DNA of 64,000 nucleotides from Candidatus Falkowbacteria bacterium. GTDB lineage: Bacteria; Patescibacteriota; Patescibacteriia; Patescibacteriales; UBA12465. Below are positions 1-8,711 of the stretch, piece by piece; within the stretch, counting starts at the first letter, position 1, and every line of letters starts with the position of its first letter. The notes below the pieces were generated by a model. The model was not told the origin of the DNA and ran no database searches. It saw only the letters and a program-made list of their open reading frames with translations. The position numbers and the translations under genes were made by a program. Location: NCBI GenBank assembly GCA_037132255.1, contig JBAXPN010000002.1, positions 12,433 through 76,432 on the forward strand. The letters run 5' to 3'.

Positions 1-955
1 TTAAATAGGTCACTCCCTTTTCTGGCCCATTTTTACTTTCAAAAATATCATAAACAAAAGGCTTCTCTTTTAAGTCTTTAATCTGTTCCGCGCTAAAACC
101 AGAATGAGAAAAGTCGTGATTATTTATCGCATCCTTAATTATTTGTTCGGCAGCCGCAATGCGAGCGTTAGTTAATTCCTCATTACCACCCTCCCATGTA
201 TTTGTGAGGCGCTCGTCGCTTGAACCGGAAATCTTCCAAACCTTAGCCATTAAATCATGATAATTGCCTGTATTAATTCCATCCAAAAAATTATGAATTT
301 GTGATTCAATATTTACCTGACTCTCATGAGGAACGTCCGCCTTATCTGTTTCATAACTATTTGTCAGATCAAGTTTGGCTAGGCTCTCAAGCGAATTATT
401 GTCGCCTGGGTTTGGGCCATCATAATGATAAGTTTTATCGCCACCATCAATTTTCGTTTCCGCGTTCTTTTTTGTTTCAGTATCATATTTATTTGAGTCG
501 TTTGTTTTTTTAGTATGAGCCGCGTCAGCGTGCGGGGCAAATTTTAAAAATAAAATTAAAGATAGAACACCAGCCTTAATAAAATTATTATTAGCTATTT
601 TTCTTAAATTACTATCCTTATATTCTTCTTCTGGCTCTGCCTGCGCATTACTTATTCTCTCGTTAAAATCCTTAACATCTTTAATTGTGATATTTTTTTC
701 TCCCGTTATAGTCTGCAAAAACTCTCCCGGATTTACTCCAGTCAGAGCCTCTAATTCTTCAAGTTTAATATTCGGCTCATTCTCAATAATGACGCGAAAG
801 TCATCGATTGTCGGCATGGTGGGGATATTTTTTTCTTTTTCTTTACCGGTTTCATTCCCGCTTTCTAGCTCAATTTTTTTAGCCAAAATTTCTTGCTCCT
901 CATAGGTAGAAGCGTCTCCATTTTTTGCGAGCCCAATTTTTTCCAAGAAACTCAT
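1..955 (-). CDS. hypothetical protein (C-terminus runs off the left window edge)
   Basis: ATG at 955-953 (MSFLEKIGLAKNGDASTYEE...). I read the frame by eye and found no stop down to position 2. It is absent from the ORF track because there is no in-window stop. It has one hydrophobic segment (AGVLSLILFLKF) and I recognise no family. Confidence 0.5.
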   Translation of the reverse strand, partial: MSFLEKIGLAKNGDASTYEEQEILAKKIELESGNETGKEKEKNIPTMPTIDDFRVIIENEPNIKLEELEALTGVNPGEFLQTITGEKNITIKDVKDFNERISNAQAEPEEEYKDSNLRKIANNNFIKAGVLSLILFLKFAPHADAAHTKKTNDSNKYDTETKKNAETKIDGGDKTYHYDGPNPGDNNSLESLAKLDLTNSYETDKADVPHESQVNIESQIHNFLDGINTGNYHDLMAKVWKISGSSDERLTNTWEGGNEELTNARIAAAEQIIKDAINNHDFSHSGFSAEQIKDLKEKPFVYDIFESKNGPEKGVTYL

Positions 956-965
956 ATGTTTACGG

Positions 966-1544
966 TTATTTTAATCCTAAATTCAAAAAATTATTAATTA
1001 TTAAGTTTGGCGCCTGCTTAAGCCTGTTTGATAAAACGCCAAGCAATTCGTCTTTATCGGAAATATTAATCAATACTTGGTACAAGGATTCTAAATCCTC
1101 AGGCGCTAATTTTGTCAAAAGTAAATTCAAGTAACGATTAAAATTATTATAAAGAGAAACTCTTAATTGGAAACTAAAATCATTATCGTTTTGGACATCT
1201 AAAATATCTCTCTCTTTTATTAGATCCGTAAGATAATATAAGATTTTATGATTGAAATTCACGATCGGAAAAAAATCTTGATTTTTATTTTCGCTTTTTT
1301 GATTAAAGCGTTTTTCAATCGCTTCACTATTTGTGATTTCAATTCCTTTATACTCTGGATACAATTTCAAAAAATTCTTTATAGTGAGCTCCTCCTCTTT
1401 TATCATCTCAATTATTTTATTCGCTTTATCGTGATCGGAAATAATAAGACCCGGAAGAATTTGAGCAATCAAGCTCTCTAGCAAAAGACGATCGCGCCAC
1501 TGAATTTCTGTTTTACCAGTATTATTTTTATTCTTATCTGTCAT
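966..1544 (-). CDS. hypothetical protein
   Basis: 192-aa ORF from the track, co-directional and tightly spaced with its neighbours. No recognisable motif. Confidence 0.5.
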   Translation of the reverse strand: MTDKNKNNTGKTEIQWRDRLLLESLIAQILPGLIISDHDKANKIIEMIKEEELTIKNFLKLYPEYKGIEITNSEAIEKRFNQKSENKNQDFFPIVNFNHKILYYLTDLIKERDILDVQNDNDFSFQLRVSLYNNFNRYLNLLLTKLAPEDLESLYQVLINISDKDELLGVLSNRLKQAPNLIINNFLNLGLK

Positions 1545-1588
1545 ATAATCTAAAAACTGGCTTAGGGCCCGCTTTTTTTAAAACTGTT

Positions 1589-2452
1589 TTAGGCGGCTTT
1601 CTTATACTTTGTTTCAACCTGCGATTTTTGCGTTTCAAATTCATTAATCTGATCTACAGTTTTTTCAAAATCCATCGCATCCTTAACGCTAGTCGGCCGA
1701 TCTATTGTCTCCTCATCTTTTACTATGAGACTCCCGTATTTTTCATTTGCCTCTTCATCATGCTTACAAACACCAGTTAGCATGTCTTGATATTTTTCAG
1801 TTTTTAAAAGTTCTGGATCATTCTCAGCTAAAAAAGCAATGACCGTTTTATATCCCTGGAGAATAGCTTCACCATCTAAATTGCTTGTTCCTATCTCCCC
1901 AGTTGTTAAAACGTTTTTAATAGTTATAAACTCCCGATTATTTATTTCTTGACTTTTTTTATGAGCGCCAAGCAAGCCAAGAATACCATCGGCCTTTTCT
2001 TCGCTCTTTTTTTCTTTATTTTTATCGGTCGCTAGAGCTAATAGGTCAACAATTTTATCGACACCTTTATATTTTTTGGAAAACGCTGCGGCCTCTGTCC
2101 CGCCAACGAAAGAAACTCCGCCGACCCCATTACTATATGAAGCGCTGGTTGTTAAGTTAGTATAATCTTTATTCTTTTCCTCTAATTCTTTCTCCAGAGC
2201 TTTCAATTTAGTATTAATTGCCTCCGTAGCTTCCTCTGGAGATTTTAATCCGAGAATTTCCGATTGTATCTTTTTATATTCAGCGTCACTTTCTAAAGCA
2301 TCCTGCTTCTTAGCTATCGATAATTCAGCGTTATTGGCCTTAGATTCTTCAGCCATTTTTTTCGTATCATCAAAATTTATGGTTTCGGCCTTAGCGGGCT
2401 TAGCCATGCTTTCGCTTTCATTAGCATTTAGCGTTAAAATCTCATTGTTCAT
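1589..2452 (-). CDS. hypothetical protein, Glu/Lys-rich, probably coiled-coil
   Basis: 287-aa ORF rich in charged heptad-like stretches (KLKALEKELEEKNKDY). No catalytic motif recognised. Confidence 0.5.
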   Translation of the reverse strand: MNNEILTLNANESESMAKPAKAETINFDDTKKMAEESKANNAELSIAKKQDALESDAEYKKIQSEILGLKSPEEATEAINTKLKALEKELEEKNKDYTNLTTSASYSNGVGGVSFVGGTEAAAFSKKYKGVDKIVDLLALATDKNKEKKSEEKADGILGLLGAHKKSQEINNREFITIKNVLTTGEIGTSNLDGEAILQGYKTVIAFLAENDPELLKTEKYQDMLTGVCKHDEEANEKYGSLIVKDEETIDRPTSVKDAMDFEKTVDQINEFETQKSQVETKYKKAA

Positions 2453-2563
2453 ATTTTTTAAATGATTAATTAGCCTTTCTTATATAATAGTAAAGATATG
2501 AAATAATGTCTAACTAATTTATACCATATTTACGTATTTTAGTCAATATAGTGATTTATATTG

Positions 2564-2572
2564 TGCTATAAT
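2564..2572 (+). promoter_or_regulatory. extended -10 promoter element (TGCTATAAT)
   Basis: TGnTATAAT match about 40 nt upstream of the ATG at 2611. Confidence 0.35.
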
Positions 2573-2610
2573 ATTTATAAGAGGATTTTATTACTTTTAA
2601 TATCTTACTT

Positions 2611-3051
2611 ATGAAAAATGTAGACAATTTTGGATTTTCGCCTTTGAAGGTAATCCTAGTTGTAACAGCGCTTTTTCTGCTTACCGGCATAACCGTGCTA
2701 GCGATTAACCCCGGTGATAAGCTTGGCGATAAAAATAATTCTCAAAGGAAAGTTGATATTAGCAAAATAGCTAATGCTATCCACCAATACTCGACTGATA
2801 ATGCCGGAGTACTACCTAAAACAATTTTATCAACAACTACAGAAATATGTAAAACAGGCGCCCGCTGTGCCGGCCTGATTAATCTTTCTGTTCTAACGGT
2901 CACCGAAAAATATTTATCCACTATGCCAATCGACCCGAATGGCGGAACCGATAACGGAACAAATTATCTTATTTCTAAAACAGCCAGCGGAAGCATTACG
3001 GTTTCAGCACCACGCGCCGAAAAGGGTGAGATTATTACAATCACACGATAA
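2611..3051 (+). CDS. type IV pilin / pseudopilin-like protein with atypical leader
   Basis: N-terminus MKNVDNFG|FSPLKVILVVTALFLLTGITVLAI resembles a class III (prepilin) signal followed by a hydrophobic helix. The following segment RKVDISKIANAIHQYSTDNAGVLP matches the usual pilin pattern R-x-D-x(n)-A-x-x-x-Y-x(n)-G-x-x-P. Position +5 after the putative cleavage Gly is Lys instead of the canonical Glu. Confidence 0.5.
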   Translation: MKNVDNFGFSPLKVILVVTALFLLTGITVLAINPGDKLGDKNNSQRKVDISKIANAIHQYSTDNAGVLPKTILSTTTEICKTGARCAGLINLSVLTVTEKYLSTMPIDPNGGTDNGTNYLISKTASGSITVSAPRAEKGEIITITR

Positions 3052-3112
3052 ACATTCTAAAAACATTGATTGCAAAAAAACAGGCCAAACGTCTGTTTTT
3101 TGTTTTATATTA

Positions 3113-3141
3113 TTGACAAAATATGAGATAGACAATAAAAT
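3113..3141 (+). promoter_or_regulatory. sigma70-like promoter TTGACA-N17-TAAAAT
   Basis: Exact TTGACA at 3113-3118, a 17-nt spacer, then TAAAAT at 3136-3141. This sits about 40 nt upstream of the ATG at 3183. Confidence 0.5.
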
Positions 3142-3182
3142 ATTATTACTATTTTACGAACCTTTAAAAAATAAAGTAAACC

Positions 3183-3509
3183 ATGGGAGAATTAGCAATT
3201 ACCACTGACAATGGTGCAGTTATGAAAGTCGAAAGATTTTTTTCATCATCATCCGCGATTAAAAAAGAAAAACGCGGCAACACCAAGGGATTAGTAATCC
3301 TTTGCAAGGTAACGACAGGTACTCTTACGATCGGAAGTAAGATCAACCTCCATTTGCCTGAATATATCTTAAAGGATAGAGTTGTTCGTATAGAACAAAA
3401 CAAAATCCCACTCAGGAATGCTTGCCCCGGACAAGAAATTGGCATCTGTCTGGAGAAAGAAACGGAAAAGAAAATTCGCGAACTATTAAACCAACCGACT
3501 TCCCGCTAA
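3183..3509 (+). CDS. small protein resembling translation-factor domain II (EF-Tu/IF2 beta-barrel)
   Basis: KGLVILCKVTTGTLTIGSKINLHL...DRVVRIEQNKIPLRNACPGQEIGICL follows the G-x-V-x-x-G-x-L-x-x-G...V-x-S-I-(n)-A-x-x-G-(n)-G-I-x-L pattern of GTP_EFTU_D2 barrels. No GTPase domain is present. Confidence 0.45.
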   Translation: MGELAITTDNGAVMKVERFFSSSSAIKKEKRGNTKGLVILCKVTTGTLTIGSKINLHLPEYILKDRVVRIEQNKIPLRNACPGQEIGICLEKETEKKIRELLNQPTSR

Positions 3510-3532
3510 CTCCCGCGAGAAATCTAAAACAA

Positions 3533-3562
3533 AAAGCATTGCGCAAACCGCAATGCTTTTCT
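3533..3562. terminator. intrinsic terminator, bidirectional
   Basis: 11-bp stem AAAGCATTGCG / CGCAATGCTTT with loop CAAAC, flanked by an A-run and a T-run. It lies between convergent genes. Confidence 0.7.
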
Positions 3563-3585
3563 ATTTATTTTAGATATTTATATAT

Positions 3586-3999
3586 TTATTTTTTCAGACG
3601 CAAAACTCTTTCTATCTCCGATTTTACTTGCCCATTTAAACCAAGTAGATACATATTATCATTTAATACCTCTCCGTATCGTTTAGAAAACTCGGTTTTT
3701 TCATTAGCCTCAAGCATCACCTGTAAACTACTGAGAGCTGCAGTAATTTTACTCCAATCAATTTCTTTTTGTTCGCCCTCTTCATCGATTAACGCGATTA
3801 CTTCAGAGAATGAGCGTAGCCAATTAAAATCTGGATGGCCAACCACTAAATTAAAATAATCGCCGTTACTGGCAATTACGCCGTTTTTCTTCTCATAGGC
3901 GTGTTTCTCTAACTCTAATAACTCTTTATGGAGATTTAGAAGTAATTTAATTAAATTTTGGATATCTTGATTCATATTATAATTGAATGAAAAATTCAA
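3586..3999 (-). CDS. hypothetical protein
   Basis: 137-aa ORF with no recognised family. Confidence 0.45.
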   Translation of the reverse strand: MNFSFNYNMNQDIQNLIKLLLNLHKELLELEKHAYEKKNGVIASNGDYFNLVVGHPDFNWLRSFSEVIALIDEEGEQKEIDWSKITAALSSLQVMLEANEKTEFSKRYGEVLNDNMYLLGLNGQVKSEIERVLRLKK

Positions 4000-4016
4000 A
4001 TCTTATTATACTTTAA

Positions 4017-5360
4017 TTAATTATAAACGCCAACTCTCTTCCATCTCTGCCAAGTAATCTTCTTCTTTCTGATTAGGGCCCAGATACTACGCATTAAAGC
4101 GTTAAATTCAATAAAATCAATAAAGTAGAATAGGAGCCAAACGACTGGGGCCCAAAGGAGCAGATAATAACCTTTGCGATTTTTAGTATCGCTTAATATC
4201 TGTATCGCTAAAACAGCCGCTGAAATCATAATACTGGTAACAAGGCTCGCAAAATTTCCCGATGTAAAGAGATAATAATAGAGAGCGGTTAACATGATAA
4301 CTTCAAAGAATAAAAGCATCTCGGAAAATACAGCGAGAGGTAAAACGAAAAAGGTTAAATATTTATTGCCATGAATATTGAAAAATAATTCACGGTATTT
4401 ATAGAAGGTTTCGAAACGTCCATATTTCCAACGTAAGCGTTGTTTAATTAAGCTTTTAATATCAGAGGGGCCTTCGGTATAAACAATAGCGTCATCCGCA
4501 TAGGCGATTTTCATTCTCGCTTGCTGAATACGCGTCGACATTTCAATATCCTCGGTTGAAGTTCCTTTATCGAATAAACCAATCTTGCGAAATACTTGGC
4601 GGCGATATGAAGCAGCCGCTCCGCCAACAATATAAATCGAACCGAACATAGAATCTGCTTTCTTAAAATAAAATCCTCCTAAATATTCAATTGATTGCAT
4701 TAAGCCAATTAAAGTTTTATGATTCCCAATTTTTACATTACCAGCGACACACATAACCGATGGATCGCGATAACGTTTTACAAAATTGGCCACTGTTTTT
4801 TTATCCATCGCGCTATCAGCGTCGACGGTAATAATAATTGATCCGGCTGATTTTCTAATACCAAGATTTAAAGCCGATGATTTGCCGCCATTTTTCTTAG
4901 AAAAATATTTAATTTTTCTTGAGCCTTTATAATTAGCAATAAATTTTTCAACAACTTCATGAGTTTTATCGGTCGAGCCATCGTTAACAACGATAACTTC
5001 TAAATTACGATAATAATTACTCAAGACTGATTTAACCGTATTAAGAATTCCAACCTCTTCGTTCCAGGCGGGAATAATAACTGAAACCAATGGTCGATAA
5101 TCCGGTCTCATTTTTTGAAAGCGACGCGACTTTATATTCTTGGCGATTGGATAGAGAGGCGAGATAAAAACGTTAACAAAATAACGAATTAAAATTGGCA
5201 TGAAAAGGATGACAAAAAGCAAATTAATGCTTTTTGCTGTCCCTCCCTTAGCAATAACCGTTGCTCCGGCCTCTTGGCCTGGAGGAAAGATTATTAAGAG
5301 TGTAATGGAGTACAAAAGTAAGAGTAGAGACGACTGAATGATTACATTTTTTGTCCTCAT
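4017..5360 (-). CDS. family 2 glycosyltransferase, processive type (PgaC/cellulose/chitin-synthase-like)
   Basis: VSVIIPAWNEE...VIVVNDGSTDKT, a DADS (DxD) motif, TEDIE, and QRLRWKYG (the QxxRW motif). Multiple TM helices flank the catalytic domain. Confidence 0.85.
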   Translation of the reverse strand: MRTKNVIIQSSLLLLLYSITLLIIFPPGQEAGATVIAKGGTAKSINLLFVILFMPILIRYFVNVFISPLYPIAKNIKSRRFQKMRPDYRPLVSVIIPAWNEEVGILNTVKSVLSNYYRNLEVIVVNDGSTDKTHEVVEKFIANYKGSRKIKYFSKKNGGKSSALNLGIRKSAGSIIITVDADSAMDKKTVANFVKRYRDPSVMCVAGNVKIGNHKTLIGLMQSIEYLGGFYFKKADSMFGSIYIVGGAAASYRRQVFRKIGLFDKGTSTEDIEMSTRIQQARMKIAYADDAIVYTEGPSDIKSLIKQRLRWKYGRFETFYKYRELFFNIHGNKYLTFFVLPLAVFSEMLLFFEVIMLTALYYYLFTSGNFASLVTSIMISAAVLAIQILSDTKNRKGYYLLLWAPVVWLLFYFIDFIEFNALMRSIWALIRKKKITWQRWKRVGVYN

Positions 5361-5485
5361 ATATATAAAATTATTAACAAGATATTATAATACATTTATA
5401 TGTATTTGTCAATACTAGGGCGTCATTATTAAGCATTTTAGCTAATATTAGATTATTGAATTTCAGGACCGAGCCCGCTTTGAAA

Positions 5486-5512
5486 ATAAAAAAGAAAGCG
5501 GTTTGGGCTTTC
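5486..5512 (-). terminator. intrinsic terminator of the 5543..6052 gene
   Basis: On the minus strand: GAAAGC-CCAAACC-GCTTTC followed by TTTTTTATTTT. Confidence 0.5.
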
Positions 5513-5542
5513 TTATGTGTTTAAGCGACTTTGAATTTTACG

Positions 5543-6052
5543 TCACCATTTATCGGACCAATCTTTGATGTCTTCGGGCCAATTTTCCTGGATACGATAA
5601 ATCTCATCGTTCTCTCCCCAAGCGGCAACAAATAGTACGCGTCTTTTCTCTGATTTGGCATCAAGTACCGCGATTTCTGCGACAGACGGAGAACCCGTAA
5701 TCAAACAGTTTCGCATTAATAATATTTTTCCTTCTGGTCCCAAATATTGTGAACCAAGGGAAAGAAACTCAAAGCCGAATTCTAAGGCTTGCTCAAGGTT
5801 ATCTGCACCATTCATATACAGGCGGATATCATCTGTTTTTTGTGAAATAACACTATTAACAAGACCAAGATATTCCTCTCCGATTAAAGCAGCTTTTTTT
5901 GAAAGAGCAGAAGTTATTGCATCATAATTCTTTGGAATTTTAGTGCTCTTAATGATTACTGATAATAACGGGACGTCGGCGCGTGTGCATTGATCAATTA
6001 TATCCACGATTGATTCGTGGAAGGGTTTTAATGAAATGGATTTTTCTTTCAT
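5543..6052 (-). CDS. hypothetical protein
   Basis: 169-aa ORF with no recognised family. Confidence 0.45.
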   Translation of the reverse strand: MKEKSISLKPFHESIVDIIDQCTRADVPLLSVIIKSTKIPKNYDAITSALSKKAALIGEEYLGLVNSVISQKTDDIRLYMNGADNLEQALEFGFEFLSLGSQYLGPEGKILLMRNCLITGSPSVAEIAVLDAKSEKRRVLFVAAWGENDEIYRIQENWPEDIKDWSDKW

Positions 6053-6212
6053 CGTTTGGATATTAAGTGTTGGGTTTATATATTTTTAAAAAAACAATTT
6101 CAAAATACTTTATCATAAGCTTTTTAATCCTTCAATAGCTCTTGATTTTAATTTTTTGCAAATCTGTATATAACAAAAAACACCATTTTATTGGTGTTCT
6201 TTGTTTCGTGGG

Positions 6213-6284
6213 AGCGGGTAAGGGGAATTGAACCCCTCTCTCGACCTTGGCAAGGTCGCATAATAGCCACTATACGATACCCGC
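6213..6284 (-). tRNA. tRNA-Gly (anticodon GCC)
   Basis: Hand-folded cloverleaf. Acceptor GCGGGTA/TACCCGC, anticodon arm CGACC-TTGCCAA-GGTCG, T arm AGGGG-TTCAATT-CCCCT. Confidence 0.85.
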
Positions 6285-6306
6285 ATATCGTTTATTCTAT
6301 TCTAAG

Positions 6307-6390
6307 TGCCGCGGGCGGGAATCGAACCCGCACTGTATCGCTACAACTGGATTTTAAGTCCAGCGCGTCTACCAGTTCCGCCACCGCGGC
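6307..6390 (-). tRNA. tRNA-Leu (anticodon TAA), class II with long variable arm
   Basis: Acceptor GCCGCGG/CCGCGGC, anticodon arm CTGGA-CTTAAAA-TCCAG, long variable arm, T arm GCGGG-TTCGATT-CCCGC. CCA is not encoded. Confidence 0.85.
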
Positions 6391-6394
6391 AATG

Positions 6395-6780
6395 TGGAGA
6401 TGATGGGAGTTGAACCCATGTCCAATCGGTTTTCCTAAATACATTTACAAAAATAGATCGATTTAATTTTTTTAACCTCAATCATCAAAAATCGAACAAA
6501 AGCGACTGAGGCGATTCTGATTTTGTTTCGATATTATCCGTCAGAAGCAGACAACATCTATCTTCATGATTATTACACCGGATGACCGCTATGGAGACTC
6601 ACAGCCCGCCGATGGTTACAGCCTTATTAATTAGGCCATAACTGGAGCATAGCTTGGAGTTAACCAAGTGAATGCTCTTGCCGTTTTGGCATTTATGTTT
6701 TTTTAGTCAGTTTAACGCGAGTAGCTAAGCGCGTTTTGAATATTTAGAAAAAGCTCCGACTGTCGATTCCTTTCATCCCC
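6395..6780 (-). ncRNA. ssrA: tmRNA (ssrA), predicted tag AKTARAFTWLTPSYAPVMA
   Basis: The 5' end GGGGATG pairs with the 3' end CATCTCC, including the G3:U70 alanine identity pair. T arm is ATGGG-TTCAACT-CCCAT. An internal ORF GCC AAA ACG ... ATG GCC TAA at 6690..6631 follows an A-rich stretch and ends TAA TTA ATA A. The gene lies directly downstream of smpB. Confidence 0.85.
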
Positions 6781-6799
6781 GAATCAGCCATATCTTTAA

Positions 6800-7258
6800 T
6801 TAGCTTCTTTTTGTTAACGATCGCAGCCTTCTATCTACCTCTCTTTTTTTGATTGACTCGCGTTTATCATATTTCTTTTTTCCTTTAGCAACCGCAAATT
6901 CGAGCTTCAAAAAACTATGATTAGTATATATTTTTAACGGGATTAGTGTCAAGCCCTCAGTTAATTTCTTGCCTAATAAATGGTTAATTTCCTCGCGTTT
7001 CAAGAGTAATTTGCGTTCCCGCATCTGATTATAATCAGGCATCGGGCCAGCGCTTTTATAGGGTGAGATTTGGCAATTAACTAAATATAATTCGGTTGCT
7101 CCATTTTTTGTTCGAATACTGATAAAACTTCCCTTTAAACTAACTTGTCCGGCGCGGACCGCTTTTACTTCGTGCCCAAACAGAACCAAGCCAGCTTCAT
7201 ATTTATCTTGAATCTGGTAATCAAAATTAGCTTTTTTGTTTATCGCCAGTTGAGGCAT
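6800..7258 (-). CDS. smpB: SsrA-binding protein SmpB
   Basis: IAINKKANFDYQI...YEAGLVLFGHEVKAVR...GSFISI and a basic C-terminal tail, which is the typical SmpB signature. Adjacent to tmRNA. Confidence 0.9.
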   Translation of the reverse strand: MPQLAINKKANFDYQIQDKYEAGLVLFGHEVKAVRAGQVSLKGSFISIRTKNGATELYLVNCQISPYKSAGPMPDYNQMRERKLLLKREEINHLLGKKLTEGLTLIPLKIYTNHSFLKLEFAVAKGKKKYDKRESIKKREVDRRLRSLTKRS

Positions 7259-8537
7259 AATTCCATTCCTTTAATTTCGCGATTACTTTCTCGTTAGTTA
7301 AAATATTATTTAAATAATTGTGGTAGCCTGGTTCGTGTATCATTTTGATCACTTCTTGGTTGCCTTTATATTGTTCTTCTAGCTCATCAATTTTTTTATG
7401 GATGTCGTCGTGGTCTGCGGAAATTTTTTCGACAATTGCGAGCTCACGAATAACCAGGGCGGACTTAACGCGCTTAATCGCATTCGGTAACATTTCTAAA
7501 ATTAATTCATCTTTAGTTTTATTAAGATGAGATAAATAATCTTCAAATTTTCCTCCTTGGCGAGTAACGCTTTGCTCAAGTTCTAAAAGCATATTACGAC
7601 TTTCACTTTCAACAATTGTTTCTGGTAAATCACCAAATTTAGTATCTTCAACAATTTTGCCAATCATTTCTGATTCATTTCTTAAATCAACATTATGACT
7701 TTTTTCATGCAATAAACTTTCTTTTAAATTCTTGCGCAGCTCTTCCATGTCTTTTAGACGGAAAAAGCTAGCGAACTCATCATTTAATTCTGGTATTTGT
7801 CTTTCATATACACCCTTTACCTTAACGGCGAACTCAACCATTTTACCGGCAATATTCTTTTGATGATGATCGTCTGGATAGAGCAATTCAAAATTTCTTT
7901 CTTCGCCCGTTTTTGCTCCAATCATTTTTTTATCAAATCCAGGAACAAAATAATCTTTACCAATAATAATTGCTAATTCTTTATGGTCGCCATCTTCTAA
8001 TGGGACTTTAGCTAATGACATTTTAATATCAACGGTAATTTTATCCGTTTCTTTTGCTTCGCGCTCGACTAAAATTTCTTGCGCGCGCATTTCTCTTAAA
8101 TCATTCATTGCCTTATCTAATTCGGCATCATCAATCTTTGCTTCCTCAACTTTTAAATTTAATCCTTTATATTTACCAACAGCAATTGTCGGAAGCAAGG
8201 AAACAATAACTTTATATTCAAAAGGATTCTCAGGAGCGAGTTTAGTAATATTAACTTGAGGTTGGCCAATCGCTTGACGCTCCATGGTATTTTTTTCAAC
8301 TGCCTCGTCGATAGTTTTATGGATAGCAATATTAGCCGCTTCTTCTAAAATTGTCATTTCACCAATTTTTTGTTTTAAAATATCCATCGGCACTTTGCCT
8401 TTTCTAAAACCTTCAATCTTAACTTCCTCAGAAACTTTTTGTGCGCCTTTTTCAATATAAGGGGCGAATTCTTCTGAGCTTAGTTCGACAGTTAATTCAA
8501 TTTGGGATTTTTCTAAATCTTTTTTAATAACTTGCAT
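7227..8537 (-). CDS. tig: trigger factor
   Basis: The N-terminus MQVIKKDLEKSQIELTVELSSEEF...EGFRKGKVPMDILKQKIG is the ribosome-binding trigger-factor signature (GFRxGKxP). Length is 436 aa. Confidence 0.9.
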   Translation of the reverse strand: MQVIKKDLEKSQIELTVELSSEEFAPYIEKGAQKVSEEVKIEGFRKGKVPMDILKQKIGEMTILEEAANIAIHKTIDEAVEKNTMERQAIGQPQVNITKLAPENPFEYKVIVSLLPTIAVGKYKGLNLKVEEAKIDDAELDKAMNDLREMRAQEILVEREAKETDKITVDIKMSLAKVPLEDGDHKELAIIIGKDYFVPGFDKKMIGAKTGEERNFELLYPDDHHQKNIAGKMVEFAVKVKGVYERQIPELNDEFASFFRLKDMEELRKNLKESLLHEKSHNVDLRNESEMIGKIVEDTKFGDLPETIVESESRNMLLELEQSVTRQGGKFEDYLSHLNKTKDELILEMLPNAIKRVKSALVIRELAIVEKISADHDDIHKKIDELEEQYKGNQEVIKMIHEPGYHNYLNNILTNEKVIAKLKEWNYASTGDKQKS

Positions 8538-8711
8538 AATGTCTTATTTAGGAGAAACGGGCCAAAAGCCCGCTTATCTATCTTATTAATTGACTTTATT
8601 GTAGCATGCTTTACAAAAAAAGCAATTGGGGTTAAATTTGACAAATTTTTATAATAATGATAAATTAAGCGGTTCTTTAACAATATTTCTAACCCCAAAA
8701 ACAGCAAAAAA

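Noticed and set aside
3164-3859. ORFs 3164..3445 (minus strand) and 3422..3859 (plus strand), which overlap the EF-Tu-D2-like gene, the terminator and the 3586..3999 gene.
   Set aside because: They overlap better-supported genes and run across a strong bidirectional terminator at 3533-3562.
6191-6403. 70-aa plus-strand ORF in the ORF track.
   Set aside because: It is the antisense of tRNA-Gly and tRNA-Leu, and the RNA genes explain the region.
7227-7258. 32-nt overlap between the tig 3' end and the smpB 5' end, considered as a possible frameshift or mis-start.
   Set aside because: Both proteins have family-typical termini (SmpB starts ...IAINKKANFDY and the trigger factor is full length), and such overlaps are common in compact genomes.
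8553-8580. Hairpin CGGGC-CAAAA-GCCCG just upstream of the tig start.
   Set aside because: It has a short stem, no convincing U-run in either orientation and no upstream gene to terminate. It is probably incidental or part of the tig 5' UTR.
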